The notes: generated from the sequence alone by a model not told the origin. A stretch of DNA of 64,000 bases from Alphaproteobacteria bacterium (GCA_017467335.1 JAFTSJ010000037.1:1078-65077), one strand, 5' to 3'. Shown: positions 17,629-29,102, counted from the stretch's first letter. Program-made: numbers and translations.

Positions 17629-18771
17629 ATGACAGCATTAACTCGGGAACAATTTTTCAGATTACAATTGGCGTTTAGTGAAAATGTCGGACCGATAACA
17701 TATAGAGATTTATTGCGTTATTACAAAAATGCTGAGGAGGCGTTATCTCATGTGGCTGATTGTGCCGTTAAAGGTGGTAGAAAGCGTCCGATTAAAATTG
17801 CCGATAAGGCTTATGTTGAACATCAAATTGAATTAGCAACTAAAAAAGATGTATCTATTATAACAAATGAAACACCCGAGTTTCCTCGTTTATTACGAGA
17901 AATAGAAGATTGTCCGCCTTTTTTATTTGTCAAAGGGCGAGGCGATTTTTTAGATCGACCGAGTGTCAGTATTGTCGGTAGTCGTAACTGTACGATTAAC
18001 GGTTTGAATTTGGCTCGAACAATAGCTTCGGATTTGGTTAAAAATAAATATGTTGTTACATCTGGTTTGGCTCGTGGTATTGATGGGGCAGCTCATGAAG
18101 GAGCATTAGCTTCAACAAATGAAAAATTTGGAACCGTTGCTGTTTTAGGAACAGGTGTTGATGTTGTTTATCCACGTGAAAATGAAAAAATTTATAATCA
18201 AATTATTGAACGTGGATGTGTGGTATCAGAATTACCGATGGGAACGAATCCATCCCCTCGTTTTTTCCCCAGACGTAATCGAATCATTTCCGGTTTGAGT
18301 TTAGGAACGGTTGTGATTGAAGCACATGCTTTGTCAGGATCATTGATAACGGCACGGGAGGCTTTATCTCAAAACAGAGAGGTATTTGCTGTTCCGGGAT
18401 CACCGCTTGATACAAGAAGTTCCGGTCCGAATGGGTTGATTAAAGATGGGGCTCATCTTGTTACATGTAGTGATGATATTTTGAAAGTTCTTGATTTTAA
18501 TACAACAAAAACATTACTGGATGTTTGTGAAGACAAGACATTTGATAAACCGCTGTCTTTTATATCCGATAGTGATTTGAATAAAGCTCGTGATGTGATT
18601 GTTTCAAGGTTATCACCGGAAGTGACGGGTGTTAATCAGTTAATTCGGGGGACGGGATTGCCAACAGAGTTGGTCAGTATTATTTTAGTTGAATTGGAAT
18701 TAGCCGGTAAAATTGAACGTTTTGCCGGACAACGAATTGCATTGATATACGATAATGAATGGGGAAATTAA
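17629..18771 (+). CDS. dprA: DNA-processing protein DprA (Smf)
   Basis: The Rossmann-like core SIVGSRNCTINGLNLARTIASDL...VVSGLARGIDGAAHEGAL is the DprA signature. Confidence 0.85.
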   Translation: MTALTREQFFRLQLAFSENVGPITYRDLLRYYKNAEEALSHVADCAVKGGRKRPIKIADKAYVEHQIELATKKDVSIITNETPEFPRLLREIEDCPPFLFVKGRGDFLDRPSVSIVGSRNCTINGLNLARTIASDLVKNKYVVTSGLARGIDGAAHEGALASTNEKFGTVAVLGTGVDVVYPRENEKIYNQIIERGCVVSELPMGTNPSPRFFPRRNRIISGLSLGTVVIEAHALSGSLITAREALSQNREVFAVPGSPLDTRSSGPNGLIKDGAHLVTCSDDILKVLDFNTTKTLLDVCEDKTFDKPLSFISDSDLNKARDVIVSRLSPEVTGVNQLIRGTGLPTELVSIILVELELAGKIERFAGQRIALIYDNEWGN

Positions 18772-21255
18772 ATGAAGTTAGTGATTGTGGAATCTCCTGC
18801 AAAAGCGAAGACCATCAATAAATATTTAGGTAAGGATTATATGGTTATGGCCAGTTTCGGACACATTCGTGATGTGCCAGCCAAAAATAATTCCGTTCGA
18901 CCGGAAGAAGATTTTGCAATGGATTGGGAAGTTCAGTCTCGGGGCGAAAAAACCGTTCGTGATATGATTAAGGCCTTATCCAAAGCTGAATCATTATATT
19001 TGGCATCTGACCCTGATCGTGAAGGAGAAGCAATTGCATGGCATGTTGTACAAGAATTAAAACGCCGCAAAAAATTGCCGGAGAATTTACCTGTTTATCG
19101 AGTTGTTTTTCATGAAATTACAAAAAATGCTATTTTGGAAGCAATAAAAAATCCTCGGGAAATTGATATGCAGTTGGTTAATGCCTACTTGGCACGGCGG
19201 GCGTTAGATTATTTGGTCGGATTTAAAATTTCTCCTCTCTTATGGCGTAATTTACCGGGAGCAAAATCCGCAGGGCGAGTTCAATCGGTTGCTTTACGGT
19301 TGGTTTGTGAAAGAGAAGATGAAATTGCTTCTTTTAAACCGGAGGAATACTGGACTTTAAACGGTCAATTCAAAACAATTCGTCAAGATGTTTTTAAAGC
19401 TCGTTTAACTCACTATAACGGTAAAAAACTGACAAAGTTTGACTTGAACAATGAAACGCTTGCTAAACAGGTTGAAAATGCTGTTAAACAAAGCAGTTAT
19501 TCTGTCGGAACAATAGAACGTAAGCAAACAAAACGTAATCCGGCTCCTGCTTTTACGACTTCAACATTGCAACAGGAAGCCTCTCGCAAGTTGGGATTTG
19601 GAGCCAAAAAAACAATGCAATTGGCTCAAGGTTTATATGAAGGGGTCGATATTGGCGGAGAAACGGTTGGTTTGATTACTTATATGAGAACAGATAGCGT
19701 TGCTTTATCCCAAGAAGCTATCACAGCAACCAGAACCTTGATTGAAAAAGAATATGGAAAAGAATTTTTACCGGATAAGCCTCGTTTATATAAAAATAAT
19801 TCCAAAAATGCTCAAGAAGCCCATAAAGCCATTCGACCGACAAATGTTTTACGGACACCGGATTCGATTGCTGGTAGTTTGTCATCTGACCAACGCAAAT
19901 TATATGAATTGATTTGGAAACGAACGGTTGCTTGTCAAATGGAAAGTGCTGTTTTAGATAAAGTTGGGATTGATATACCGGCTCAAGATGGACAAACACA
20001 ATTTAGAGCCACGGGGCAGACGATTGCATTTGCCGGTTTTATTAAAGTTTATAAAGAAGATATTGATGATGCTAAACAAGAAGATGATGAAAACGGGTTG
20101 TTGCCTTTGATGAATGAAGGAGAAAAATTAGATACCATATCTGTTTTATCCGAACAGCATTTTACGGAACCGCCTCCTCGTTTTTCAGAAGCCAGTCTTG
20201 TGAAAAAATTAGAAGAATTAGGAATTGGTCGTCCATCAACATATGCAACTATTTTATCGGTATTGCAGGAACGAGCTTATGTTAAGTTGGTTGCTAAAAA
20301 ATTTATTCCTGAGGATAGAGGACGTATCGTAACGGCATTTATGGAAAATTATTTTACCAGATATGTTCAGTATGATTATACAGCCTTAATGGAAAATAAA
20401 TTGGATGATATTACGAATGGGGATGCTCAGTGGAAAGAGGTTTTAACGGATTTTTGGGGTAGTTTTGATTCAACGGTACAATCTGTTCCAAACAAAATGG
20501 GAGAAATTTTAGAAAAGGTATCAGCTTCTTTAGAAAAACAAATTTTTCCGACCGAAGAAAGTCGTAAATGTCCGGATTGTGAAACCGGAAGTTTATCATT
20601 ACATATCGGTAAGTTTGGGGCATTTATCGGATGTTCTAATTATCCGACCTGTAAGCATACAAAGCAGTATGCTTCATTAACGCCCCCTCCACTGGATGAA
20701 AACGGACACCCTCTTGAAACAATAGCCGAAGATACAAATAAGGAACTTGGCAAAAATGAAAACGGCATTGTTATCTTTTTGAAAAAAGGTCCGTATGGTT
20801 GGTATGTTCAGGAAGGGGATGGAAAGCAGGCTAAACGAACCGGATTGCCGAAAAGTATGAAGCCTGAAAGTGTAACAATGGATGTAGCATTGAAATTGTT
20901 GGCACTGCCTCGTTTTATCGGATATGATCCGGATACGAAAGAACCGGTTGAAGCCAGTATCGGTCGTTTTGGCCCGTATGTTAAACGAGGAAAAACATTT
21001 CAGTCGCTAGAAGCCTCCGATAGTATTTTAACCGTTACATTGGAACGGGCTTTGCAACTTCTTTCACAGTCGAAAACCAAAAAACAAGCGACAGAAATCG
21101 GAAAATGGAATGATGACGTCATAACGTATCAAATTGGTCGATATGGTCCTTATGTGAAATGGGGAAAATTGATGGCATCTGTCAAAAATAAAAATGATGT
21201 TCCGACATTGGAAGAAGCCATTCGCTTGCTTCAAGACAAAATACATGAAAAATAG
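18772..21255 (+). CDS. topA: DNA topoisomerase I
   Basis: Toprim N-terminus MKLVIVESPAKAKTI, active-site region GLITYMRTDS, a C-terminal Zn ribbon CPDC...GCSNYPTCKHT and Topo-I C-terminal repeats; 827 aa. Confidence 0.9.
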   Translation: MKLVIVESPAKAKTINKYLGKDYMVMASFGHIRDVPAKNNSVRPEEDFAMDWEVQSRGEKTVRDMIKALSKAESLYLASDPDREGEAIAWHVVQELKRRKKLPENLPVYRVVFHEITKNAILEAIKNPREIDMQLVNAYLARRALDYLVGFKISPLLWRNLPGAKSAGRVQSVALRLVCEREDEIASFKPEEYWTLNGQFKTIRQDVFKARLTHYNGKKLTKFDLNNETLAKQVENAVKQSSYSVGTIERKQTKRNPAPAFTTSTLQQEASRKLGFGAKKTMQLAQGLYEGVDIGGETVGLITYMRTDSVALSQEAITATRTLIEKEYGKEFLPDKPRLYKNNSKNAQEAHKAIRPTNVLRTPDSIAGSLSSDQRKLYELIWKRTVACQMESAVLDKVGIDIPAQDGQTQFRATGQTIAFAGFIKVYKEDIDDAKQEDDENGLLPLMNEGEKLDTISVLSEQHFTEPPPRFSEASLVKKLEELGIGRPSTYATILSVLQERAYVKLVAKKFIPEDRGRIVTAFMENYFTRYVQYDYTALMENKLDDITNGDAQWKEVLTDFWGSFDSTVQSVPNKMGEILEKVSASLEKQIFPTEESRKCPDCETGSLSLHIGKFGAFIGCSNYPTCKHTKQYASLTPPPLDENGHPLETIAEDTNKELGKNENGIVIFLKKGPYGWYVQEGDGKQAKRTGLPKSMKPESVTMDVALKLLALPRFIGYDPDTKEPVEASIGRFGPYVKRGKTFQSLEASDSILTVTLERALQLLSQSKTKKQATEIGKWNDDVITYQIGRYGPYVKWGKLMASVKNKNDVPTLEEAIRLLQDKIHEK

Positions 21256-21327
21256 TTAAAAAATATTTGCAAAATCAAACTGATTGATGTATAAAGGTCA
21301 ACAGTTTCAATAGTAAGGATAGGTAAA

Positions 21328-23238
21328 ATGATAACTTTTTTTAATAAACTTGCAAATTCGTGGTTTGCTAAATTTATTTTAAGTGCTTTGGCATTGAGTA
21401 TGTTGGCTTTTTTCGGGTTAGGCGGATTGGCAAATGTTTCTTCTTACAATGTTTCCAAGGATGTTATTAAAGTTGGTCAAACCGGTGTTTCATCAAATCA
21501 ATTGATGCAATCATTTGAACAGGCCAGAAAATTTCATTCTCAATTGAGAGGCGGACAATATTATTCACCGGCACAGGCCATTGCCAATGGGGTTATGGAT
21601 CAGGTTATTCAACAAGAAATTGAAACAGCTGTTCAATCTGAAATTTCGGAAGGTCTTGGATTAACGGCTTCAAATGAAGCCATTCGAAGATACATTGAAA
21701 AAGATAAAATTTATCATGATGCTGCCGGTAATTTTGATAAAAATATGTTTCGAACTCATTTGTCATATTTAGGCTTAACAGAAGTTCAAATGGCTGGTAA
21801 GTTGAAAAAAATATTGGCTTATAAACATTTTACGGATACAATTAAACAATTAGGATATTCTCCCGAAGCATTGGCAAAAGCATCTTATGCTTATAAGAAT
21901 GAAAAACGAGACGTTGAAGTTTTATATGTTTCTCCGGATAAAATTAAAGTTGAACAAGTTCCGTCCGAACAAGATATTCAAGATTATTATGAAGCCTATA
22001 TTGAAAATTTCATGAAACCGGAATATCGAACATTAACGGTTGTTTCTTTATCTCCTGAACAAATAGCGAATCAAATTCAAATTGAAGCTGACGAAATTGA
22101 TTCGGTTTATGAAGAACAAAAAGAAACATATAATAAACCGGAAGAACGTGATTTGTATCAAATGTTTTTCAAAACAAAAGAAGAAGCGGATTTAATCAAA
22201 AAAGAAGTAACAGCACAAAATTTTATACAATTGGCACAAGATAAAGTCGGACAAACAAAACAAGATACGTATTTTGGTATGACTTCGAAAGCTCAATTGA
22301 TGGAAGAATTAAGTGATATTGTCTTTAATGCTTCAAAAGGTGATATTGTTGGTCCGATTGAATCGAAAAGCGGTTGGCATATTTTATGGGTAAAGGATAT
22401 AAAACCGGCTGAAACGACACCTCTCGCAACAGTTAAGGCTGAAATTAAAAAGACATTAGCAATGGGTAAAGCATATGATGAAATGCAACAAGTATCACGC
22501 CGTTTGGAAGATATTTTGGGGGAAGGTAAAGATTTAATAACAGCTGCCAAGGAATTAAATTTACCGATTATATCTGTTGAAAAAGTGGATATTACCGGCA
22601 TTCAAAGTGATGGTAAAGAAGTTGAAAAATCTTATTTGAATTCGGAATTATTGCAGGAAGTTTTTGTATTAAAAGTGGGTGAAGTATCCGGTTTAATTCA
22701 AAATAATGACGGTTTTTTAGTTGCTCAGGTTCAAGAAATTATACCGGTTGAAGCAAAGCAATTAAGTGAAGTTAAAAATGATATTACAGCTCTATGGGTA
22801 CAAGAAAAACAAAAAGAAGCTTTTCCTGATTTAGTGAAAGAAATTACGCAAAAAGTTCAAAAAGGGAGTGATTTGAAAACACAGGCTACTTATAACGGTT
22901 CTTTTGAATTTTTTGATATGAAAGATACGTTACGTACAACGGTCAATCCTGAATTTGTAGGTATTTCAAATGCCATATTTGCTCAGGAAAAAGGACAAGA
23001 AAATGCTCAAAGCATTACCTTGGGGGACGGACAAGTTATTGTTGTTGTCAAAGATATCAAAAAAGCTGATACAAATATTTCATCTGATTTGTTGGCAACA
23101 GAGATGATGTCAACCCGAGAAAGAGTAGGGCAATTATTAAATGATGAAACAATTCAAGGCTATGTGTCTCGTGTCGGTTTTGAAATCAATCAAGGGGTTC
23201 TTCAAAATATTATCGGAACATACCAAAGTCAAGAATAA
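21328..23238 (+). CDS. ppiD: periplasmic chaperone/peptidyl-prolyl isomerase PpiD-like (N-terminal TM anchor, SurA-N-like and parvulin domains)
   Basis: N-terminal TM FAKFILSALALSMLAFFGL and a parvulin core SKSGWHILWVKDIKPA; 636 aa. Confidence 0.75.
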   Translation: MITFFNKLANSWFAKFILSALALSMLAFFGLGGLANVSSYNVSKDVIKVGQTGVSSNQLMQSFEQARKFHSQLRGGQYYSPAQAIANGVMDQVIQQEIETAVQSEISEGLGLTASNEAIRRYIEKDKIYHDAAGNFDKNMFRTHLSYLGLTEVQMAGKLKKILAYKHFTDTIKQLGYSPEALAKASYAYKNEKRDVEVLYVSPDKIKVEQVPSEQDIQDYYEAYIENFMKPEYRTLTVVSLSPEQIANQIQIEADEIDSVYEEQKETYNKPEERDLYQMFFKTKEEADLIKKEVTAQNFIQLAQDKVGQTKQDTYFGMTSKAQLMEELSDIVFNASKGDIVGPIESKSGWHILWVKDIKPAETTPLATVKAEIKKTLAMGKAYDEMQQVSRRLEDILGEGKDLITAAKELNLPIISVEKVDITGIQSDGKEVEKSYLNSELLQEVFVLKVGEVSGLIQNNDGFLVAQVQEIIPVEAKQLSEVKNDITALWVQEKQKEAFPDLVKEITQKVQKGSDLKTQATYNGSFEFFDMKDTLRTTVNPEFVGISNAIFAQEKGQENAQSITLGDGQVIVVVKDIKKADTNISSDLLATEMMSTRERVGQLLNDETIQGYVSRVGFEINQGVLQNIIGTYQSQE

Positions 23239-23264
23239 AATATCATTTTGGGTGGTATTTAGAA

Positions 23265-23295
23265 ACAGTCTTTCAGACAGAAAGGCTGTTTTTTA
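23265..23295 (+). terminator. rho-independent terminator after ppiD (acagtctttc / gaaaggctgt stem + T6)
   Basis: gaaacagtctttcagacagaaaggctgttttttac. Confidence 0.7.
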
Positions 23296-23506
23296 CTATA
23301 TAAAATTCTAAAAGAACAATAAGTAAAAATGGATGAATTTTAATTATCTGATGTTATTTTATCATCGATTGGTAATTTATTTCTGTTTGGCAGAAAGTGT
23401 TTTGCTATAAAAACTGCTTCTTAATCTTTTAAATTATAGGCGGTACAAGGGGTGGTATTTGTTGTTTTTACAGGTGTTGTAAAATTTATTTAATTATGGG
23501 GATTTG

Positions 23507-23560
23507 TAACAAAAACACCCCTTTAAAAATGAAAACCATCCATCTTTAAAAGGGTGCTTA
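23507..23560 (-). terminator. putative terminator for the rpsP-rimM-trmD-rplS operon (minus strand)
   Basis: Minus-strand hairpin cacccttttaaag...ctttaaaggggtg followed by TTTTTG. Confidence 0.5.
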
Positions 23561-23579
23561 AAACGGTAACTAATAAAAA

Positions 23580-23951
23580 TTAGTCTTGATTATCCGTTGA
23601 TTTATCTTCAGCAATACGAGCCTTTTTACCGAACAAGTTGCGTAAGTAGTAAATTTTTGAACGAGCAACTTTACCACGGCGAACAACTTCAATGCTGGCA
23701 ACATTCGGTGAATAAATCGGGAAAATTCTTTCAACGCCTTCGCCAAAAGAAATTTTACGAATAACGCAAGATGAATTTAAACCATCATTATGACGGGCAA
23801 TACAAACACCTTCATAAGCTTGTAAACGTTCACGACCTTTGTCTTCAACGATTTTGTACATAACACGAACAGTGTCACCCGCTTTAAATTCAGGAACTTT
23901 TTTGCCGAGTTTGGCAATTTGTTCATTTTCTAATTCTTTAATTAAGTTCAT
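23580..23951 (-). CDS. rplS: 50S ribosomal protein L19
   Basis: [30 protein letters not shown] is the L19 signature. I place the start at ATG 23951 with GGA upstream; the listed 24110 start adds a spurious 53-aa extension overlapping trmD. Confidence 0.9.
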   Translation of the reverse strand: MNLIKELENEQIAKLGKKVPEFKAGDTVRVMYKIVEDKGRERLQAYEGVCIARHNDGLNSSCVIRKISFGEGVERIFPIYSPNVASIEVVRRGKVARSKIYYLRNLFGKKARIAEDKSTDNQD

Positions 23952-23965
23952 TGTAGATTCCTTTC

Positions 23966-24655
23966 TTAATTTTTTTTCTGAGCCAGATAGTTTGCCCACA
24001 AGTCTGGTCTTCTTGTTTTTGTTAATGCAATTGATTGTTCCAAACGCCAATCTTGAATTTTGGCATGATGTCCTGATACTAAAACATCTGGGACGATACG
24101 TCCTTGCCAATTTTGAGGTTTTGTATAATGCGGATATTCCAATAATCCGTTTTCAAAACTTTCTTCATTCATAGAGTGCATATTTCCCATAACTGCCGGT
24201 AATAAACGTATAACAGCATCAAGCATTGTTAAAAGAGCAGGTTCGCCACCGGATAAAATAAAATCTCCGATACTTATCTCTTTTACTTGCCATTTTTCAA
24301 GAATACGTTCATCAATACCTTCAAATCGTCCACAGATAAAAGTCATTTCTTCTTTATTAACCCATTCGTGAGCCGTTTTTTGTGTAAAAGTACAACCACG
24401 AGGAGATAAATAATATATATCACCCGTTGTATATGTTGCTTGAATGGCAGAATCTAATACATCCGGTTTCATAACCATACCGGCACCGCCACCAAACGGG
24501 GTATCATCAACGGATTTGTACTTATCAGTTGCAAAATCACGAATATTAACAATGTTTAGGACACATTTACCTTCGGCAAGGGCTTTTCCGGCTAGGGAGT
24601 AACCTAAAAAACCGGGGAACATTTCAGGATAAAGTGTCAATATGTTAATCTTCAT
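23966..24655 (-). CDS. trmD: tRNA (guanine37-N1)-methyltransferase
   Basis: [26 protein letters not shown], a SPOUT-fold TrmD; 229 aa. Confidence 0.9.
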   Translation of the reverse strand: MKINILTLYPEMFPGFLGYSLAGKALAEGKCVLNIVNIRDFATDKYKSVDDTPFGGGAGMVMKPDVLDSAIQATYTTGDIYYLSPRGCTFTQKTAHEWVNKEEMTFICGRFEGIDERILEKWQVKEISIGDFILSGGEPALLTMLDAVIRLLPAVMGNMHSMNEESFENGLLEYPHYTKPQNWQGRIVPDVLVSGHHAKIQDWRLEQSIALTKTRRPDLWANYLAQKKN

Positions 24656-25160
24656 GTATGACTTCCTCCATCCCGGACGGTAAATTTATTTCCATATATT
24701 GATTTTCAATTGAAACAACTGGAAAAGTTGCATCAGAAAAATCAAACGGATAAATTCGACCGTTATTTAGTTTGATATTGATAATATCACCGGCGCCAAA
24801 ATTTTCAACCGAATCAACTTTACCAAAAATTTTATTATCACGCATAACATTCAGACCAACTAAATCACAATAATAATATTCATCATCAGAAGCAGTCGGT
24901 AATTGTGAACGATTGATGTATAATAATGTTCCTTTTAACGATTCGGCTGTTGTTCTGTCATTAACACCCTTGATAGATGCTAAAACAATCCCTTGTTTTT
25001 GACTGTGTGCCTTGATTTGAAATGATTCTTTACCAAACTTATCCGTAACAGATTGAAACGTAGCAATATCCAACGGATTCGTTAAGTACGATTTGATTTT
25101 AACCGCACCTTTGATACCGTGAACATTGATAATTTGACCGACACAGACGAGTTGGGACAT
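24645..25160 (-). CDS. rimM: ribosome maturation factor RimM
   Basis: VGQIINVHGIKGAVKI N-terminal barrel motif; the protein is 171 aa and sits in the conserved position between rpsP and trmD. Confidence 0.85.
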   Translation of the reverse strand: MSQLVCVGQIINVHGIKGAVKIKSYLTNPLDIATFQSVTDKFGKESFQIKAHSQKQGIVLASIKGVNDRTTAESLKGTLLYINRSQLPTASDDEYYYCDLVGLNVMRDNKIFGKVDSVENFGAGDIINIKLNNGRIYPFDFSDATFPVVSIENQYMEINLPSGMEEVIHED

Positions 25161-25169
25161 AACTTACTC

Positions 25170-25559
25170 CTATTCGGCGGAGGTTTCTGCTTTGGCTGCT
25201 TCTTCAGCGGCACGAGCGGCTTCGGCACGTTCTTGAGCTTCTCTCATTCTTTCTTGTGCTTTGGCTTTCGGAGCAGATTTTTTCGGTTGTTCACGAATAA
25301 CCGGTTTTTCCGTTAAACCGACAAGAGCAAATAATTTTTGAACACGTTCTGTTAATTCGGCTCCTTGTGCCATCCATTTTTTAGCAGCTTCTGTGTTGAT
25401 ACGCAAAGCATCAGCGTTATCTTTTGGCAATAACGGATTATAAAAACCCAATGCTTCAATAAAGCGACCATCACGTGGTGCACGTTTATCGGCAACAACA
25501 ATTTTGTGAACCGGACGTTTTTTTGAACCGCCACGGGCTAAACGAATACGTACTGACAT
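25170..25559 (-). CDS. rpsP: 30S ribosomal protein S16 (with Ala/Glu-rich C-terminal extension)
   Basis: [42 protein letters not shown]. Confidence 0.9.
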   Translation of the reverse strand: MSVRIRLARGGSKKRPVHKIVVADKRAPRDGRFIEALGFYNPLLPKDNADALRINTEAAKKWMAQGAELTERVQKLFALVGLTEKPVIREQPKKSAPKAKAQERMREAQERAEAARAAEEAAKAETSAE

Positions 25560-25748
25560 TTAATAATTCCTTTCTTACGTTTTTCAATTTTTATTTTACC
25601 GTTCAAAAACCAAAATACACCACTAGCACCAATGCACGAACCATCGCGGATTGATGTATCTCCTTAGAGACTGAAAAAGCATTTCAGTTTATGAAAGATG
25701 TTCCCTTATAGCATTTGCTTTTTCATATGTCAAGAAAAAAAATATTGT

Positions 25749-27569
25749 TTAGTTGTTTTTGTTTGATGTTTCAACACGTATGGTTAATAATTCAATACCC
25801 GGATAGCGTTGCTTTGTCGGGGGATTTGTATCAATATTAAAATCCAGTTGAATTGTCCCGCTTTCAATTAAATCCGCTGATATAGGAAATGTTTGTGTAT
25901 CAATTGTTAATTCGTTATATCGTTTTTGAAAGACTAACCGGTTATGACTACGAACAGTTAAGGTGCGATGTGATTGTGGCGGTACCGGAATGACATATTG
26001 TATCGTTATATTGACAGATTGATTGTGTATTTTTTCGGGTTGTAATTTCAGTTGTCCAAAATCTTGTTCAACCCACACATGATTTAAAAATTCTTCCCGT
26101 ATCTTATTACCGGCAACAAATTTATTCATAGCTTCAAGAAATGGAATCGTTTGATTTAAAGGTGTTTTTTGTAGTTGAGAAGGATTATCAAAATAAGATG
26201 AAAAATTTTCGTTTCCCCATTCTTTATATTTTTGAGATATACAATCTAATTCATATTCTAAATTATAACCGATTTTTTCAAGAAGTGTTTTTTCCGATCG
26301 AAATAATGACCGACCTAAACCATATTGTCCGTTAAAGTCAAAACCGACAGCATCTAATATCGTTGGTGCTATATCAAGATTTGTATATTGATGTGGATAT
26401 GCTGTCATTTTTCTTGCCGGATTGATAATGGAAAAATAAATTTCACGATTAGGTATCTTTTCAATATAAGAATCAATATTTGTTGCCGTAACAAGATGAT
26501 CTCCCATAATGACAATGGTTGTATTATCGTAAAACGGTTGTTCTTGTATCCATTTTACAAATTCACCTGCTTCTTTGTCTGAACAGATAACAGCATCTCG
26601 ATAATCATTAAATGTTCGTTGACAGGTTTTGTTAATATTGCCAACCGGTTGATGTGTATCGGCTTGCACGGTTACTATCATAAATGGTTTGTTTGATTGG
26701 GCTAATCGATTGATTTCATCTTTAGCCGCTTTGTATAATTGTCTATCGTTTAATCCCCAAGTTGAAATAGGCGGTTCATCGTATTGTTGTAATTCACGAT
26801 AACCGATAGCTTTTTTAAAACCGTGTTGTAAAGCAAATTTATCTGTTCCGGTAAATTGGATACGGGCTGATTTCATTAAAACTGTTTCATATCCTTGTTC
26901 TTTTAATGTTTCTACCCAACAAGGAAGTCCGGGAATAAAAGAATGATAGGTCGATAAATCAACAAACATATTATTCAACTTTAAAGGAGCACCGCAAAAA
27001 GAAGACATTAAACTGGTAATGGTCCATCCGCATTGACGCAGTTGCTTAAAACCTGAAAAAGAAATGTTTTCTTGTTGTATTTGTGTTAGTTTGGGAGAAA
27101 GATTTTGTTCTAAAATTTGACTGTTTTGAAAAGATTTTTCATATGATTCCAGAACAATAATAATCAGATTTCTGCCATTTGTTTTTACTTGAGGAATAAT
27201 ATGGTACGTTTCATATATATTTCCGATGACAAAACGACTTCTGATAAAATCAAATAAATGCCATTTTGTAATAGGATAAGATAAACATAATAAACCAATC
27301 AATACACAAACAAGCATGGGGTAGGGAACTTTTTTTTGTATCAATCGATATAACAAATAAGCTACAATCAAGCTGACACAGAAAATTAAAATAACACCAC
27401 TGACAATTAAAGAAACAGCAACCCCATTAAGCGGTTGGGCTAAATTAAGCATAATCTGTTCCCACTGAATATTCCCGAAATTTTGATTAACCCAAATGGT
27501 GGCAATAAAACCGGCTGTTCCTAAATATAAAACAGTAAAGACAAAAAAGATAATTATTTTTTTTAACAT
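25749..27569 (-). CDS. sulfatase-family membrane protein (LtaS / phosphoglycerol-transferase-like: N-terminal polytopic TM + extracytoplasmic sulfatase domain)
   Basis: Four to five N-terminal hydrophobic helices are followed by the alkaline-phosphatase/sulfatase core (LIIIVLES..., HQPVGN, IVIMGDH); 606 aa. Confidence 0.7.
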   Translation of the reverse strand: MLKKIIIFFVFTVLYLGTAGFIATIWVNQNFGNIQWEQIMLNLAQPLNGVAVSLIVSGVILIFCVSLIVAYLLYRLIQKKVPYPMLVCVLIGLLCLSYPITKWHLFDFIRSRFVIGNIYETYHIIPQVKTNGRNLIIIVLESYEKSFQNSQILEQNLSPKLTQIQQENISFSGFKQLRQCGWTITSLMSSFCGAPLKLNNMFVDLSTYHSFIPGLPCWVETLKEQGYETVLMKSARIQFTGTDKFALQHGFKKAIGYRELQQYDEPPISTWGLNDRQLYKAAKDEINRLAQSNKPFMIVTVQADTHQPVGNINKTCQRTFNDYRDAVICSDKEAGEFVKWIQEQPFYDNTTIVIMGDHLVTATNIDSYIEKIPNREIYFSIINPARKMTAYPHQYTNLDIAPTILDAVGFDFNGQYGLGRSLFRSEKTLLEKIGYNLEYELDCISQKYKEWGNENFSSYFDNPSQLQKTPLNQTIPFLEAMNKFVAGNKIREEFLNHVWVEQDFGQLKLQPEKIHNQSVNITIQYVIPVPPQSHRTLTVRSHNRLVFQKRYNELTIDTQTFPISADLIESGTIQLDFNIDTNPPTKQRYPGIELLTIRVETSNKNN

Positions 27570-27573
27570 TGTA

Positions 27574-28512
27574 TTATTCTTTGAACGATGATTCTTGTAT
27601 AATGTAATTCGGACGTTTTTTTGTTTCTAAATAAATCAATCCTAAATATTCTCCTAATATACCCATAATCATCAATTGAACACCACCAATTATTAAAACA
27701 GATACCAGAACGGATGTCCAGCCGGTTACCACAAAGTGATTGGTAAAAATTTTCATATAGACAACATAACAGGCATACAAAAAGCCCAGCAAGGTAGTTA
27801 AAAATCCGACAACACTTGCAATACGCAAAGGCATAATACTAAATGATGTTATTCCCATCCAAGCCAATCGTATCATTTTTGATAACGTGTAACTGCTTTT
27901 TCCGGCATGACGTTTGGCAACCTGATAGGGAATACCGATTTGTTTAAATCCCATCCAAGTAATATATCCTCGTAAAAATAAATCTCTTTCCGGAGATTTA
28001 TTCAATATTTGAACAACTTTTTTATCCAATAGACGAAAATCAGCAGCCCCTTTGGGCACTGAAACAGAAGTCATAAAATTAAGAAGTTTATAATATAAAT
28101 TAGATGTTTTTCGTTTTAAAAAACCTTGATTTTTATTTTCTTGACGAAGCGTATATACAATATCGTAGCCATCTTGCCATTTTTGAATAAGTTGCGGAAT
28201 GACTTCAGGCGGATGTTGTAAGTCTGCATCAATGGAAATAACAGCATCACCCGTTGCTTTTGCTAAACCGGCCCGCAAAGCATATTGATGTCCAAAATTG
28301 CGGGAAAAGGATAAGTAGTGGATACAATCATTTTGTTTTCTTAAATTTTTTAATATATTTAATGTATCATCTGTTGAACCGTCATCCACAAAAATAATCT
28401 CATAAGATTTTGATGGTATATTTTTTTTTAATTTTTCCAATAAAACAGGGATATTTTCTGCTTCATTGTAGGCGGGAACGATAACGGATATTTTTGTGTT
28501 TAATGCTGTCAT
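27574..28512 (-). CDS. family-2 glycosyltransferase, polyprenyl-phosphate sugar transferase type (GtrB/ArnC-like) with C-terminal TM helices
   Basis: ISVIVPAYNEAENIPVLLEKL...IIFVDDGSTDDT...DADLQHPPE is the GT2 DXD architecture. I place the start at ATG 28512, preceded by AAGAGG; the listed 28647 start lacks an SD. Confidence 0.8.
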   Translation of the reverse strand: MTALNTKISVIVPAYNEAENIPVLLEKLKKNIPSKSYEIIFVDDGSTDDTLNILKNLRKQNDCIHYLSFSRNFGHQYALRAGLAKATGDAVISIDADLQHPPEVIPQLIQKWQDGYDIVYTLRQENKNQGFLKRKTSNLYYKLLNFMTSVSVPKGAADFRLLDKKVVQILNKSPERDLFLRGYITWMGFKQIGIPYQVAKRHAGKSSYTLSKMIRLAWMGITSFSIMPLRIASVVGFLTTLLGFLYACYVVYMKIFTNHFVVTGWTSVLVSVLIIGGVQLMIMGILGEYLGLIYLETKKRPNYIIQESSFKE

Positions 28513-28667
28513 GACAAACCTCTTGGACTTTATTATTAACTTGAATTGTATGTATTTGCAAGTTTTTTTGTTAACAGGTCGTGAAAAAGATAACATTGTT
28601 TTGTCATAAAAAAACATTGCAATCAATTTATTATCTGATGATTGCAATGTTATTTTGAATAAGTGAT

Positions 28668-29087
28668 TTATTTTTGAATTGTTTGTCGAATAGATGTTGT
28701 GGAACGAACGGGTAAATCACCTTTTGGCTTTCTTTGACTGATTTTATATTCAATTCCTTTGCTTTCAACAAATTGTCGTTTGATATCGCTGTCTCCGTCT
28801 GAATTAACGAAAAAAATATCCGGTTTGACTTGGTCTAAAAGAGAGGCAAAGTCTAAAATACCATCATCCGGACCAATGAAAACCTGTTTGACAAATTTAA
28901 TAGATTCCAACATGTATTTTCGTTCATTTTCTGTATATAAAGTTGAACGATTTTTCAGTTTTTGTACAGTTGCATCCGAACCGATTGATACATATACATC
29001 TCCTAATTCGGCTGCTTCTTCTAAAAAACGGATATGTCCGCTATGTAAAACATCAAAACAGCCTGATACAAATACTTTTTTTGTCAT
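28668..29087 (-). CDS. cytidylyltransferase (glycerol-3-phosphate cytidylyltransferase TagD-like)
   Basis: KKVFVSGCFDVLHSGHIRFLEEAAELGD is the HxGH nucleotidyltransferase motif; the ~139 aa size is typical of TagD/TarD. Confidence 0.7.
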   Translation of the reverse strand: MTKKVFVSGCFDVLHSGHIRFLEEAAELGDVYVSIGSDATVQKLKNRSTLYTENERKYMLESIKFVKQVFIGPDDGILDFASLLDQVKPDIFFVNSDGDSDIKRQFVESKGIEYKISQRKPKGDLPVRSTTSIRQTIQK

Positions 29088-29102
29088 ATATAATACTCCT
29101 TT

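Noticed and set aside
23952-24110. Listed 53-aa N-terminal extension of rplS
   Set aside because: It overlaps trmD; the L19 homology begins at MNLIKELE (ATG 23951).
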